Assembly: GCA_003447235.1 (NCBI GenBank)
Contig: DLZV01000008.1
Coordinates: 59,612-123,611, forward strand
Source of the DNA: Prevotella sp.
GTDB lineage: Bacteria; Bacteroidota; Bacteroidia; Bacteroidales; Bacteroidaceae
Direction: 5' to 3'
Length of the DNA stretch: 64,000 nucleotides
Part shown: in pieces, positions 9,325 to 19,767 of the stretch
Layout of the letters: every line of letters starts with the position of its first letter
Position numbering within the stretch: position 1 is the first letter of the stretch
Notes under the pieces: model-generated
What the model was told of the DNA's origin: nothing
The model's database searches: none
Seen by the model: the letters and a program-made list of their open reading frames with translations, nothing else
Program-made: the position numbers and the translations under genes

Positions 9325-11184
9325 CTACCGCTGCACCGCAGCCATGACACGCAACCAGTTGCCACCCCATATCTTCTCGATGTCGCGCTCACTATACCTG
9401 CGCTGTAGCAGGCGGCGGGTGAAGGCGATCACCTCCGAGGAGTCTGCAAAGCCACGCACTCCACCGTCGCCATCAAAGTCAGTACCGATACCCACATGGT
9501 CAATACCCATCACACGAATGGCATGCTCCAGGTGAGCGATGGCGTCGAGCACCGTGGCCTCGCCACCCTCCTTGCGCAGGAAACCATGATAGAGCGTGAT
9601 GTGGGCCACACCACCCTTTTGTGCCAAGGCCCGCAACTGGTCGTCGGTGAGATTGCGCGGATGATCGCAGAGCGCACGGCAGTTGGCATGGCTACAGACG
9701 ATAGGCTTGGCGCTGATGTCAAGGGCGTCCCAGAAACTCTTCTCCGCAGCGTGGCTGAGGTCCACCATGATGCCGCAGCGGTTCATCTCCCAGATGGCCT
9801 TCTCTCCAAAATCGCTCACGCCGTCATGCGTCTTGCACCCACGTGCCGAGTCGCAAAGGTCGTTGTCGCCATTATGACAGAGCGTGATATAGGTCACGCC
9901 ACGCTGGGCAAAATGCTTCACATTGGCCAAATCGTGCTCCAGCGCCAGTCCATTTTCTATGGCGAAGAGAATCGACTTGCGTCCCTTCCGCTTGTCCTCA
10001 TAGAGATCGGACGGACGACGTGCGATACTCAAACAACGCTGGTTGGCCTTCACGATCTCCTCTATTTTGTCGAAGATCAGGTCAGCATAGTGGGCGGGGG
10101 AAATGGAACTGCCGCTTATGCCCACCGCAGTTTGAAGGTTGGAGACGTATTTTTCCGCCAGGCGTGGGATATAGCGCATGATTCCCGCAAGATCTATCTT
10201 GGATGAGAACGTCTCTCCCATCTTCGGCTGAGGGAGGTAGGCCGCCATGGTGACGGCATCCTGCCGTCCATCGCTCATCTTGTGGAGATCCACCAGGATG
10301 CGCGGGTCACGGCGTCCAAAGTCCACCCCCTGTGGGAAGAACATCGGTGTGTCGCAATGGGTATCGAGTGTGAGCACGCGACGGTGTACGTCCTTGGCTT
10401 TCTGAAACTCCTCAGCCTCATCGGCGAGCCAGCGAAACAAACGTTGTCCCTCGTCACTCAAATGCTCAGGATGCCACTGCACACCCATAATAGATTTAAA
10501 CTCCGTGCTCTCGATAGCCTCTATCACCCCGTCGGGAGCCACTGCCGTCGTGCGGAAGCGCGCCCCAGGGTCTTTGACGGCCTGGTGGTGGAACGAATTG
10601 ACCGCCATCCGCTCCTTATGATACAAGGAGAAGAGGATACTGTCGCGCTCGATGCGCACGGTATGGGTCGGCTCAGCCTGCACGGCATCCTGGCTATGCT
10701 TGATGGTAGAAGGCCCCAGGGATCCCGCAGGCCCCGTGGGAAGATAGTTCTCGTAGATATCTTGCTGCACCGTCCCGTCCAAAGCCATCGCCAGCACCTG
10801 TATGCCGCGACAGATACCGAGGATGGGGATCTGACGGTTGGCAGCAAGACGGGTGAGAAGCAACTCCGAGAGGTCACGTCGTGCGTTGATGTTGTGCAGA
10901 CGTGGCGATGGTTCCTCGCCCACCCAGAGAGGGTTGACGTCGGCACCACCCGTGAGCAGCAGTCCATCGATATGGTCGAGCACACCGACTATCACGTTGC
11001 GGTCGGTAGTCGGCGGGATGAGGAGTGGCGTAGCGCCGGCACGTATCACCTGCTCATAGTAGGCTTTGGCCAGCATCTCGTTGGAGTCGTTATAGTTGGA
11101 CGTGAGTCCTATGACGGGCTGCTTGTGCCCTTCGGGAAACTCCGCATAGAAAGCGTCCAGATGTGATGAGAGGGAAAAATCCAT
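9325..11184 (-). CDS. Fusion protein: class-I glutamine amidotransferase-like C26 peptidase (gamma-glutamyl hydrolase/PuuD-like) + M19 membrane dipeptidase
   Basis: 619 aa. The N-terminal half has the GATase1/C26 nucleophile elbow (ILGICRGIQVLAMALDG) and a His motif (QWHPE). The C-terminal half has renal-dipeptidase (M19) signatures (LTLDTHCDTP, CHNGDNDL, VDLSHAAEKSFWD, HVGIGTDFDG). Confidence 0.8.
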   Translation of the reverse strand: MDFSLSSHLDAFYAEFPEGHKQPVIGLTSNYNDSNEMLAKAYYEQVIRAGATPLLIPPTTDRNVIVGVLDHIDGLLLTGGADVNPLWVGEEPSPRLHNINARRDLSELLLTRLAANRQIPILGICRGIQVLAMALDGTVQQDIYENYLPTGPAGSLGPSTIKHSQDAVQAEPTHTVRIERDSILFSLYHKERMAVNSFHHQAVKDPGARFRTTAVAPDGVIEAIESTEFKSIMGVQWHPEHLSDEGQRLFRWLADEAEEFQKAKDVHRRVLTLDTHCDTPMFFPQGVDFGRRDPRILVDLHKMSDGRQDAVTMAAYLPQPKMGETFSSKIDLAGIMRYIPRLAEKYVSNLQTAVGISGSSISPAHYADLIFDKIEEIVKANQRCLSIARRPSDLYEDKRKGRKSILFAIENGLALEHDLANVKHFAQRGVTYITLCHNGDNDLCDSARGCKTHDGVSDFGEKAIWEMNRCGIMVDLSHAAEKSFWDALDISAKPIVCSHANCRALCDHPRNLTDDQLRALAQKGGVAHITLYHGFLRKEGGEATVLDAIAHLEHAIRVMGIDHVGIGTDFDGDGGVRGFADSSEVIAFTRRLLQRRYSERDIEKIWGGNWLRVMAAVQR

Positions 11185-11262
11185 GTTTTAATCGTCTATA
11201 CCAGATCATAAAAGCATCAAGGCGGGAGTGTGCCTAAGCCTTCTGCCCGCCTTGACCATGCG

Positions 11263-11727
11263 TTATTTCTCGATATCAATGGGTATCTCGCGGTGAACAC
11301 TCTCCTCCAGGGAGATCAGCGTCTCTGTACTCACCACACCGGGGATACTCTGCAGCTGCCCGTTGATGAGGTCCATCAGTTGCTCGTTGTCCTTGGCGTA
11401 GAGCTTGACGAGCATCGTATAGGGACCTGTGGTGAAGTGGCACTCCACAACCTGCGGAATAGAGAGCAGACGGTTGACCACGTCGCGGTACATAGACCCT
11501 CGCTCCAAGTCCATTCCGACATAGGTGCAGGTGGAGTAGCCCAGCGCCTTGGGATTGATCTCAAAACTGCTGCCCGTGATGACCCCATTCTCTATGAGAT
11601 GCTGCACACGCTGGTGGATAGCTGCTCGCGAAACGCCGCACTCTGCAGCCACGTCCTTGAAAGGAAGGCGGGCATTGGCGGACAAGATTCCTAGAATCTT
11701 TTTGTCTAATTTGTCGATTTTATCCAT
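11263..11727 (-). CDS. Lrp/AsnC-family transcriptional regulator
   Basis: 154 aa. N-terminal HTH (LDKKILGILSANARLPFKDVAAECGVSRAAIHQRVQHLIENGVI) followed by an RAM/AsnC_trans effector domain. Confidence 0.85.
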   Translation of the reverse strand: MDKIDKLDKKILGILSANARLPFKDVAAECGVSRAAIHQRVQHLIENGVITGSSFEINPKALGYSTCTYVGMDLERGSMYRDVVNRLLSIPQVVECHFTTGPYTMLVKLYAKDNEQLMDLINGQLQSIPGVVSTETLISLEESVHREIPIDIEK

Positions 11728-12032
11728 AATGGTCTGTCGCTATTCTGGTTGAAGTTGGCTTGCTGCGCAACTTGTCAGCAAAATTAAGCATTTTAGTTGA
11801 ATTGGCAAACCATTTTAACGTTATTTCTCTACAAAAGGGCAATATTTGCTTACTTGGGGCATTTTTCGAAAATCAAGATGATGGGTGGGTTGCAACTAAA
11901 TCCCAGCTTGATTTTGCTTGCTGCGCATAGCCCTTCACACATCCAAAAACAATCGCCCCATCATGGGAAAGCACGAACGACCAAGTGGGTCATGCTGCCT
12001 TTACCATGATGGGGCGAATGATTTCTGCGCCA

Positions 12033-14516
12033 CTACGGCACGACCACCTTGACAGTCTTTCCAGCTACCCGCACGAGATAGACCGCAGGAGCAAGGCGGA
12101 ACGTATGGAGACCCGCCTCAGCACGTGCCACGCTGCGTCCCTGGAGGTCATAGACCTCGATGGCTGCAGCATCGGAACGAACGGTCAGACTACCCTGACC
12201 TGTACGCACGCTGACCTTCGCTGCATCGGCGGCAAGCGCGTCGATGGCATTGACAGACTTGCCCACATAGATTCGGTCGGAAGTCTCTGAAACGTAGTTG
12301 GTATAGTCCTTCGTAGCCATCGCCGTCACCTCATAGGCGTAGCTATACTGCGGATCGAGGTCCGCCACCTCATAAGCGCTCGCCGTGGGATAGAGCGACG
12401 CGTAGGGCGCCGTGAGCGTCTCGCCCTTGCGCACGTTCTGACGGATGGTCACCTCGTCGATAAAGTAGGGTTGTCCATACATACTCATAAAGGCGAGGAT
12501 CACATTCGAACGTAGGGTCTTATTGTCCGTGGCGTCGAAATGGATAGTAGCCGAGGTCATACCCGTACCGTCGAGTTTCAGCGGCATGATGCGATGATCG
12601 AGGGCCTGGCTGTCGGTATATTTGTTCATCAGCATCACAAAGAGCGTGTCGCCAGCATAAGTGTTGTAAGCCTTGACATCGACATCGAAGGCTCCACCAT
12701 CACAGGTGAGGTCGAGCGTGGGAGAAGTGACCAGCCCAGCCAGTCCCATCCACACATTGGTCTGCTGCGCTCCTGCCATTCCTTCCACAAGGTAGGGCAA
12801 CTGGAGGACCCACTCCGTCGGCGTATAGCCGAGGTCGGCCAGATTATAGACATAGGTGTAAGGATTGTAGGGATTGTCCATCGTTCCTTGGTCGATGGCA
12901 TTGAAATCCTCGTGGAGCACGACGACATCCTTCACGTCTTCCTTGGCCTCCAGGATTTTGATGACATTGAGTTTATATTTATCGGCATTGTGCAGTTCGG
13001 TCCAGTTGGCGGTGAAAGCGGTCTTCGACACGCCCGTGGCCTCCTTGGCCTCTACCTTCACGCCGAGGATACCATCCACCCACATGTCGGGTGTAGCCAC
13101 GGACATCACGCTGCCGTTCTTCGCCCGCACGTTGTAGTAGTACTCATAGTTGGGGTCTATCTCCATCGTGTAGCAGGTATCGGTCAGTTCCTTGTCGAGC
13201 TGGCCCACGGGCACGGTCTGGGTGGCATAGTCCATCTGCACGTCATCGAGGGCGAAGCTGACGGAGTTTTTCTGTATGAAGAAGAACTTGATTCGCTTCA
13301 CGCCGTCGCCAATCTGGTCGTGGGTGAAGGAGTAGCGACCGCCAGCAGCCTCCATATAATAGTTGGGCATGTTGGCAACGGGGGTCCATCCTTTCTTCTC
13401 CGTATATACCGACACCTGCAACAGGGAGTAGGTGTAGTCGGTCTCATAGTCCATCGAACTGGGTTTCACCCAGAATGAGAACGAGGTGATGGGAGCGGGC
13501 GTCTCGGGCGAGACTACCTCGTCGCCCTCCGCGTCGAAACAGAGGGAGAGCGGTGCCGAGCAGTAGTCGCCCTCGGTGGTATAGACATCTTGCGATCCCG
13601 CCGACGAGAGGTTGATCGTCCATCCCTCGGGATAGTTGGGGTTGGACTGGTCGATGGTCTTGCCATCGGCATTGAGACGGATACCGTCGAAGTTTTCCGT
13701 CAGTGTGCCGGGCTCGACATAGTCCTTGGGCATCTCCTTGCGATAGACGTGGAGGAGGTAGGAGGCTGCCGTCGGGGTGGAGTTCCAGCGCGCCGTGAAC
13801 GAGGTGGCTGAGTGGTTGATGGGAGTGAGGATGCCTGGCGCGGGAATCTTGTTGGCCTTGCGCGTCACGACGATATCGTCAAGGAGCAGTTCTACGTCTT
13901 CTGCCGAAAACTGGAAGATATTGTTCGGGTTGAACGTCGCCTGATCAGTACTGAAGGTATAGTCCTGCCATGCGTCGCTGACGTTGAAGTCGCGGTCGTC
14001 AACAGGTCCCTCATAGTTGTCGCACAATGCGACGCGGATGATGCCACTCTCCCCGGCCTTCAGCGCACGGGCACGGAAGGTAAGGACGACGTCGCCGCTG
14101 AGGTCCATCTCTGGCGTACTGATAAATCCGCCACGCTGCTCGTCATACGAGTCGAGATACATGCGGATGGCGCAAGCCTGGCCTGCCTGATAGACGGCGT
14201 TGCCTGTCCAGCCACGCACACCCATCATATCTTCGGGCAACGCGTAGTTGACAGTGCCTCCACCCAGCATCGTACCATCGGGGGTGGCGTTGGTGCCAGC
14301 CGTCCATAGGTCAAAATGCTGGTCTATGACCGTCTTGGTCGGTATTTCGTCATCGGCACGAAGGACCGCCGACGGTTCCTGCACCGTGCCTCGGGGCTGG
14401 AGGGTCATCGCCGCACGGGAAAACTTCCCTGCAGGATTCCGCTGAGCGTGGGTGACGAGGGGAAAGAGCAAGAGTGTACACAACCATGTGGATACGATGT
14501 AGCAATAAGTTCTCAT
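12033..14516 (-). CDS. Large secreted protein with T9SS C-terminal sorting domain (type IX secretion cargo), function unknown
   Basis: 827 aa with signal peptide ...PLVTHA|QRNPAG. The last ~70 aa (IEVYDLQGRSVARAEAGLHTFRLAPAVYLVRVAGKTVKVVVP) match the T9SS CTD motifs: YxLxGxxV, then GxYxVxV...K.VK. Confidence 0.8.
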   Translation of the reverse strand: MRTYCYIVSTWLCTLLLFPLVTHAQRNPAGKFSRAAMTLQPRGTVQEPSAVLRADDEIPTKTVIDQHFDLWTAGTNATPDGTMLGGGTVNYALPEDMMGVRGWTGNAVYQAGQACAIRMYLDSYDEQRGGFISTPEMDLSGDVVLTFRARALKAGESGIIRVALCDNYEGPVDDRDFNVSDAWQDYTFSTDQATFNPNNIFQFSAEDVELLLDDIVVTRKANKIPAPGILTPINHSATSFTARWNSTPTAASYLLHVYRKEMPKDYVEPGTLTENFDGIRLNADGKTIDQSNPNYPEGWTINLSSAGSQDVYTTEGDYCSAPLSLCFDAEGDEVVSPETPAPITSFSFWVKPSSMDYETDYTYSLLQVSVYTEKKGWTPVANMPNYYMEAAGGRYSFTHDQIGDGVKRIKFFFIQKNSVSFALDDVQMDYATQTVPVGQLDKELTDTCYTMEIDPNYEYYYNVRAKNGSVMSVATPDMWVDGILGVKVEAKEATGVSKTAFTANWTELHNADKYKLNVIKILEAKEDVKDVVVLHEDFNAIDQGTMDNPYNPYTYVYNLADLGYTPTEWVLQLPYLVEGMAGAQQTNVWMGLAGLVTSPTLDLTCDGGAFDVDVKAYNTYAGDTLFVMLMNKYTDSQALDHRIMPLKLDGTGMTSATIHFDATDNKTLRSNVILAFMSMYGQPYFIDEVTIRQNVRKGETLTAPYASLYPTASAYEVADLDPQYSYAYEVTAMATKDYTNYVSETSDRIYVGKSVNAIDALAADAAKVSVRTGQGSLTVRSDAAAIEVYDLQGRSVARAEAGLHTFRLAPAVYLVRVAGKTVKVVVP

Positions 14517-14885
14517 AGGGCTTTTCTTTTCACAGCACTATCATTTTTGTCCTAAAAGTATAAACTATCAGGCTGCCAGCGCCGTCCAGTCTTCTGCCAT
14601 GCCAAAGGACTACCCTACTCAGTGCTGCAAAAACCAGGGTAAACCTTCTGCAAGACTGCGCAAATTTACGAATAATATTTGTAACAGCAAACTTTTTGAT
14701 GAAAAGTTTTCAAAAACTAAACTTTTTCATCGTTTTCCATGCAAAACAAAAACCATAGGCGACTGCATGGCAGATGGATCCTCTTTAGCTTATACCACCA
14801 GGCATAAGCGTTGTTTTCACCTTGAGGAATTTGACAAAAGCATTGTTGGCGCCTTGTCCATACTTATGCCAAGGCGCCGACAATA

Positions 14886-15560
14886 CTATAGCTGGCCTGC
14901 CTCTACCTGCAGGACTATGCGCTCGGTGAGGCGGTCTGCCCCCATCGGGTCATAGCGCTTTTTGAGCGATGCGCCAAACACCCAGGCAAAAGCCTGATAG
15001 AAACCTGCACGCACAGGACCGAGGAAAGCGTTGATCAACTCATAACCCGAGGAGTGGGTTTCGCGGTCGATAAGCTTAATGAGGAGCTTGCCCTGCGAAT
15101 AAGTGAGCTTCTTCATGCGCGGTCCATAGGTGGCCTTGATTTCCTTCTCCACCAGCTTCATGTGCTCCTTGCGTGCCTGATCGTTGGGCAGCGTCTCCAT
15201 ATACTCATAGGTCTCGATGACGATCTGGTGACACTCCTTGGCGATCGGCAGCACTTTCTTGATATTGTATAGCAGGCGGTAGAATTTCGCACGCTCCTCG
15301 GGCGTCTTAAACTCTATCTTGGGAAAGACATAGACATTGTTGGTCTTGACATACTGCACACTGTCACCATCCACCAAGGCCTTTCCTGTATGTACGGTCG
15401 GGCGAAAGGTGGGCGAATCCATATCGACGTCGCTCATCTTCTGAGCTGCTTCCTCGCCGACTTGCGCCATGGAGGGCACAACGACACAGGACAGTACGAG
15501 GGCGAAAAGCAACCGCAGGATATGGCGGTGCTGAGGGTTGTAGTGGGATGAATGATTCAT
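14886..15560 (-). CDS. Hypothetical secreted protein (possibly DUF4294-like)
   Basis: 224 aa with signal peptide ...VVPSMA|QVGEE. No catalytic motif. The family assignment is from memory only. Confidence 0.45.
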   Translation of the reverse strand: MNHSSHYNPQHRHILRLLFALVLSCVVVPSMAQVGEEAAQKMSDVDMDSPTFRPTVHTGKALVDGDSVQYVKTNNVYVFPKIEFKTPEERAKFYRLLYNIKKVLPIAKECHQIVIETYEYMETLPNDQARKEHMKLVEKEIKATYGPRMKKLTYSQGKLLIKLIDRETHSSGYELINAFLGPVRAGFYQAFAWVFGASLKKRYDPMGADRLTERIVLQVEAGQL

Positions 15561-15804
15561 TACTTCGTTGTTTTTTTCGTCAGCGAGTGCAAAAGTACGG
15601 AAATATACTTAATTTGGAAAGAGTTTTCAGCATCTTTTTTATTATTATTTTTCAAAACGCCAAAACTCTACGTCCTTACGGACTTCACTACTACGACCTT
15701 TAGAAGAGCTGACCAAGGGCGTTTTGGCACATTTTCACGGGATATGGCGGTAATTACGGGGAAAAACCGTACCTTTGCACTTAGATAATAAAAACTGAAA
15801 GACA

Positions 15805-17292
15805 ATGCAAGATCTGGTCATCTACAATACGCTGCACCGCCAGAAGGAGCGGTTCCAGCCTATCAACGCCCCCCACGTGGGCATGTATGTCTGCGGACCC
15901 ACCGTCTATGGCGACCCGCATCTGGGCCACGCGCGCCCCGCCATCACCTTCGACGTGCTCTTCCGCTACCTGCAGCACATCGGCTACAAGGTGCGCTATG
16001 TGCGCAACATCACCGACGTGGGACACTTGGAGCATGACGCCGACGAGGGCGACGACAAGATTGAGAAGAAGGCACGGCTGGAGCAGCTGGAGCCGATGGA
16101 GATAGCACAGTATTACACCAACCGCTATCACGACGCGATGGGACAGCTTGGCTGCCTGCCGCCCTCCATCGAGCCCCACGCCACGGGACACATCATCGAG
16201 CAGGAGGAGCTGGTGAAGCAGATCCTCGCCAACGGCTACGCCTATGAGAGCAACGGCAGTGTCTATTTCGACGTGGAGAAGTACAACAACGACCACCGCT
16301 ACGGCATCCTGTCCGGACGCAACCTTACCGACATGATCAACAACTCGCGCGAGCTCAACGGCATCGGCGAGAAGCGCAACCAGGTGGACTTCGCCCTTTG
16401 GAAGCGGGCCACACCCGAGCACATCATGCGCTGGCCGAGTCCGTGGAGCGACGGTTTCCCTGGCTGGCATTGCGAGTGTACGGCGATGGGACGCAAATAC
16501 CTCGGCAACCACTTCGACATCCACGGAGGTGGCATGGACCTCATCTTCCCGCACCACGAGTGTGAGATAGCACAGGCCGTGGCCTCGCAGGGAGACCCGA
16601 TGGTGAAGTACTGGATGCACAACAACATGCTCACCATCAACGGACAGAAGATGGCCAAGAGCCTTGGTAACTTCATCACGCTGGAACAACTCTTCACCGG
16701 AAGCAACGACCTCCTCACCCAGCCCTACTCGCCGATGACCATCCGCTTCTTCACCCTCTCGGCCCACTACCGTGGCACGGTCGATTTCAGCAACGAGGCC
16801 CTGCAGGCCGCCGAGAAAGGCTACAAGCGCCTCATGGACAGCGTCAGCGACCTGGCCCGCGTGCAGGCCGCCAGCGAAAGCGACGAGAAGTCGCACGAGT
16901 TTGTCGCCCAACTTCGCCAGCGGTGCTATGACGCGATGAACGATGACCTGATGACACCAGCCGTCATCTCCGTGCTCTTCGAAACATGCCACGTCGTCAA
17001 CAGCGCGCTCGACCACAAGTCACAACTCTCGGCAGAGGACATAAAGGAGATTGCCGACGTGCAGCGCATCTTCATCTTCGACATCCTCGGACTGAGAAAC
17101 GAGCAGGGCGACAACTCCTCCGCTCGGGAGAACGCCTTCGGCAAGGTCGTCGATATGGTACTCGAACTGCGCGCACAGGCCAAGAAGAACAAAGACTGGG
17201 CCACGTCGGACAAGATACGAGACGAACTCGCCGCAGCCGGCTTCGAGGTGAAGGACACCAAGGACGGCGTGACGTGGAAGCTCGACAAATAG
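15805..17292 (+). CDS. cysS: Cysteine--tRNA ligase
   Basis: 495 aa. Class I aaRS HIGH-type motif ([15 protein letters not shown]), the KMSKS motif (KMAKSLGN) and the Zn-binding WHCEC context of CysRS. Confidence 0.95.
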   Translation: MQDLVIYNTLHRQKERFQPINAPHVGMYVCGPTVYGDPHLGHARPAITFDVLFRYLQHIGYKVRYVRNITDVGHLEHDADEGDDKIEKKARLEQLEPMEIAQYYTNRYHDAMGQLGCLPPSIEPHATGHIIEQEELVKQILANGYAYESNGSVYFDVEKYNNDHRYGILSGRNLTDMINNSRELNGIGEKRNQVDFALWKRATPEHIMRWPSPWSDGFPGWHCECTAMGRKYLGNHFDIHGGGMDLIFPHHECEIAQAVASQGDPMVKYWMHNNMLTINGQKMAKSLGNFITLEQLFTGSNDLLTQPYSPMTIRFFTLSAHYRGTVDFSNEALQAAEKGYKRLMDSVSDLARVQAASESDEKSHEFVAQLRQRCYDAMNDDLMTPAVISVLFETCHVVNSALDHKSQLSAEDIKEIADVQRIFIFDILGLRNEQGDNSSARENAFGKVVDMVLELRAQAKKNKDWATSDKIRDELAAAGFEVKDTKDGVTWKLDK

Positions 17293-17314
17293 CCTCGACA
17301 CAACAACATACAGC

Positions 17315-17356
17315 AAAGGCAAGGACGCTTTATGCGCCTTTGCCTTTGCCGTTTTG
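17315..17356 (+). terminator. Rho-independent terminator after cysS
   Basis: Imperfect GC-rich hairpin AAAGGCAAGGACGC-tttat-GCGCCTTTGCCTTTGCC followed by GTTTT. Confidence 0.55.
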
Positions 17357-17474
17357 ACGGGCTGCGTCAGCTAAGTTTTTTTAGCACACAACACAATAAT
17401 CATCGCGCATATGCGTTTTTATATAGTTACGCCTAAATATATAAAATATATTACGCAAAAATCAATATCAAGGT

Positions 17475-19604
17475 ATGAAAAAATCACTTCTTTTCGCTGC
17501 AGCGCTGCTCGCTATGGGCACGCAGGCGAAGGCCGACGAAGGTATGTGGACGCTCTACAACCTCCCCGAGGCCGTCTATCAGCAGATGCGGGCCGAAGGC
17601 TTCGAGTTGAGCCAGGACCGTCTCTACGGTGCTCCCGACGCACTGAGCAATTATGTCGTCAACTTCGGCGGCTACTGTTCTGGAGTTGTCGTCAGCCCCA
17701 ACGGTCTGGTCTTCACCAACCACCACTGCGGCTTCTCTGCCATCAACGCCCACTCCACCGTGGAGCACGACTACATGCTCAATGGCTTCTATGCCAAGAC
17801 CTACGAGGAGGAGCTGCCCAACGAGGACCTCTTCGTCTCATTCATGAAGCATCAGGCCGACATCACCCCCAAGGTGACTGCTATGCTCAACGGCCAGACC
17901 TACGAGCGCAAGGGCGAGCTTCTCGACTCGCTGGAGAACGCCATGACCGACTCGGTGAAGGCCATCGATCCCACGCTCCACGTCGTCGTGAAGCCCTTCT
18001 ATGAGGGCAACAAATACTACGCCATGACGTACCAGGACTTCACCGACGTGCGCCTGGTCTTCACCGTACCCAAGTCGATGGGTAAGTTTGGTGGCGAGAC
18101 CGACAACTGGATGTGGCCGCGCCAGACCTGCGACTACTCTGTCTTCCGCATCTATGCCGACCCGAAGACAAACGGTCCTGCAGCCTACTCCAAGGACAAC
18201 GTGCCCTATCACCCCACGCAGTGGGCTCCCGTGAGCCTCCAGGGCTATGAGCCGGGCAGCTTCGCCATGACCATCGGCTACCCGGGTTCCACCAACCGCT
18301 ACCTCTCCAGCTACGGCATCCAGGAGCGTCGCGACATCGGCAACGCCATCCGCATTCAGAGCCGCGCCATCAAACTGGGCATCATGAAGAAGCACATGGC
18401 CATGAGCGAGAAGACGCGCATCCAGTATGAGGACTCCTATGTGGGAGCAGCCAACTACTACAAGAACTCCATCGGTATGAACCACTGTATCGACTCCATC
18501 GGACTGATCAGCGACAAAGCTTCCTTCGAGCGGAAGATTCAGCAGTGGCTCGCCTCGGGCGCATCGAAGGACCCGTATGTGAACGTCGATTTCGACGCTC
18601 TGAAGAAGGCCTACGCCGACTGCGCCGAACCCGCCCACGCGCTGGGTTATGCCCAGGAGTCGTTCTTCGGTGTCTCAGAGCTCTTCAACCGCGGACTGCG
18701 CTTGTGGACCATGCGCGGCATGGAGGTCAAGGGTGGCAACGACCCGAAGAAGCAGTATGTGGAGTTTGAGGACAACAGCGACGAGTGGAACCTCGCCCTC
18801 GACAAGGAACTGACTACCGCCATGCTGAAGAACTACTACGAGCAGGTGCCGCAGAAGTACTGGCCCGCTTTCTTCAAGAACACGGTACAGGCGAAGTTCA
18901 ACGGCGACTTCGCACGCTACACGGAGTGGCTCTACAAGAAGTCGGAGCTGCTGAAGAAGGGCAAGAAGTTCATGATCAAAGACATGGAGAGAGCACAGCA
19001 GGATCCCGCCGCTGTGGCCATGAACGACATCATCGTTGTGTACAACCAGATCATTGGTGAGTATCGCCCGCTGAAGATCGCCATCGAGGCTCAGGAGAAG
19101 AAGCTCTGCGAGGCTAAGGTACAGATGGAGATGGATCTGCCCCACTATAGCGACGCCAACTTCACGATGCGTCTGAGCTACGGCCAGGTAGGTGGTTTCC
19201 GCATGGGCAACCATGACAGTGGCTACTACACCGACGCTGCCAGCATCGTCACCAAGATGGACCGCGCCGCAGAGGTCGAGGAATATGCCGCACAGCCCGT
19301 GATGCGTGAGCTGATGACGGCTTCCGACTACGGTCGCTACCTGGACAAGAAGACGGGCAAGATGCAGCTCTGCTTCCTCACCAACAACGACATCACCGGT
19401 GGCAATAGCGGTTCACCGATCTTCAACGGCAAGGGCCAGCTCATCGGTCTCGCCTTCGATGGCAACTGGGACAGCTTGGCTTCGGACATCAACTTCGACC
19501 GCCAGCTTGCACGCTGCATCGGTGTCGATGTGCGCTACATGCTCTACCTGATGGACAAGTGGGGCCATGCAGACCGCCTGTTGCAGGAGATCAATCCGCA
19601 GTAA
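17475..19604 (+). CDS. S46-family dipeptidyl-peptidase (DPP7-like)
   Basis: 709 aa with signal peptide. Catalytic His context (TNHHCGF) and Ser context (GGNSGSPIFNGKGQLIGLAFDGNWD). Gly in FDGNW sits where DPP11 has Arg, pointing to hydrophobic P1 preference; this assignment is recalled, not computed. Confidence 0.85.
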   Translation: MKKSLLFAAALLAMGTQAKADEGMWTLYNLPEAVYQQMRAEGFELSQDRLYGAPDALSNYVVNFGGYCSGVVVSPNGLVFTNHHCGFSAINAHSTVEHDYMLNGFYAKTYEEELPNEDLFVSFMKHQADITPKVTAMLNGQTYERKGELLDSLENAMTDSVKAIDPTLHVVVKPFYEGNKYYAMTYQDFTDVRLVFTVPKSMGKFGGETDNWMWPRQTCDYSVFRIYADPKTNGPAAYSKDNVPYHPTQWAPVSLQGYEPGSFAMTIGYPGSTNRYLSSYGIQERRDIGNAIRIQSRAIKLGIMKKHMAMSEKTRIQYEDSYVGAANYYKNSIGMNHCIDSIGLISDKASFERKIQQWLASGASKDPYVNVDFDALKKAYADCAEPAHALGYAQESFFGVSELFNRGLRLWTMRGMEVKGGNDPKKQYVEFEDNSDEWNLALDKELTTAMLKNYYEQVPQKYWPAFFKNTVQAKFNGDFARYTEWLYKKSELLKKGKKFMIKDMERAQQDPAAVAMNDIIVVYNQIIGEYRPLKIAIEAQEKKLCEAKVQMEMDLPHYSDANFTMRLSYGQVGGFRMGNHDSGYYTDAASIVTKMDRAAEVEEYAAQPVMRELMTASDYGRYLDKKTGKMQLCFLTNNDITGGNSGSPIFNGKGQLIGLAFDGNWDSLASDINFDRQLARCIGVDVRYMLYLMDKWGHADRLLQEINPQ

Positions 19605-19630
19605 GCCAGTTGAAAAAAAATGACGCAAGA

Positions 19631-19682
19631 CAGCGGGGAGACAGTTTGCCAAAACAAGGGCAGGCGGTCTCCCCGCTTTCCA
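19631..19682 (+). terminator. Rho-independent terminator after the S46 peptidase gene
   Basis: 12-bp perfect stem CAGCGGGGAGAC ... GTCTCCCCGCTG followed by a T-rich stretch (TTTCC). Confidence 0.6.
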
Positions 19683-19742
19683 TTGTCCTTACGCCCAAAA
19701 CTAAAATTTCCTAAAATGGACGGTGTTGTAAGGGAAATTTTG

Positions 19743-19750
19743 TACTTTTG
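19743..19750 (+). promoter_or_regulatory. Candidate -7 promoter box (TACTTTTG) upstream of dut
   Basis: Matches the Bacteroidetes TAnnTTTG consensus 18 nt upstream of the dut ATG. No clean -33 element was found. Confidence 0.3.
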
Positions 19751-19767
19751 CCGATTATTCAGCTATT

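Noticed and set aside
14599-14955. 118-aa ORF between the T9SS cargo gene and the protein at 14886.
   Set aside because: It overlaps the 3' end of the gene at 14886..15560 and lies in an AT-rich promoter region. Its translation is low-complexity with no motif.
15781-17016. Long antisense ORFs in the track. Examples are 15781..17016(-), 17838..18638(-), 19759..20772(-), 20953..22032(-), 41288..42352(+), 53321..54670(+), 55495..57534(+), 57914..59176(+), 60378..62243(-) and 62251..63453(-).
   Set aside because: Each lies entirely inside a confidently identified gene on the opposite strand (cysS, S46 peptidase, TPR gene, gyrB, miaB, the T9SS paralogs, the ABC exporter, the LTA-synthase-family gene). 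Their translations are low-complexity Arg/Ala/Gly/Val-rich strings typical of shadow frames in GC-rich DNA. None has a motif of any known family.
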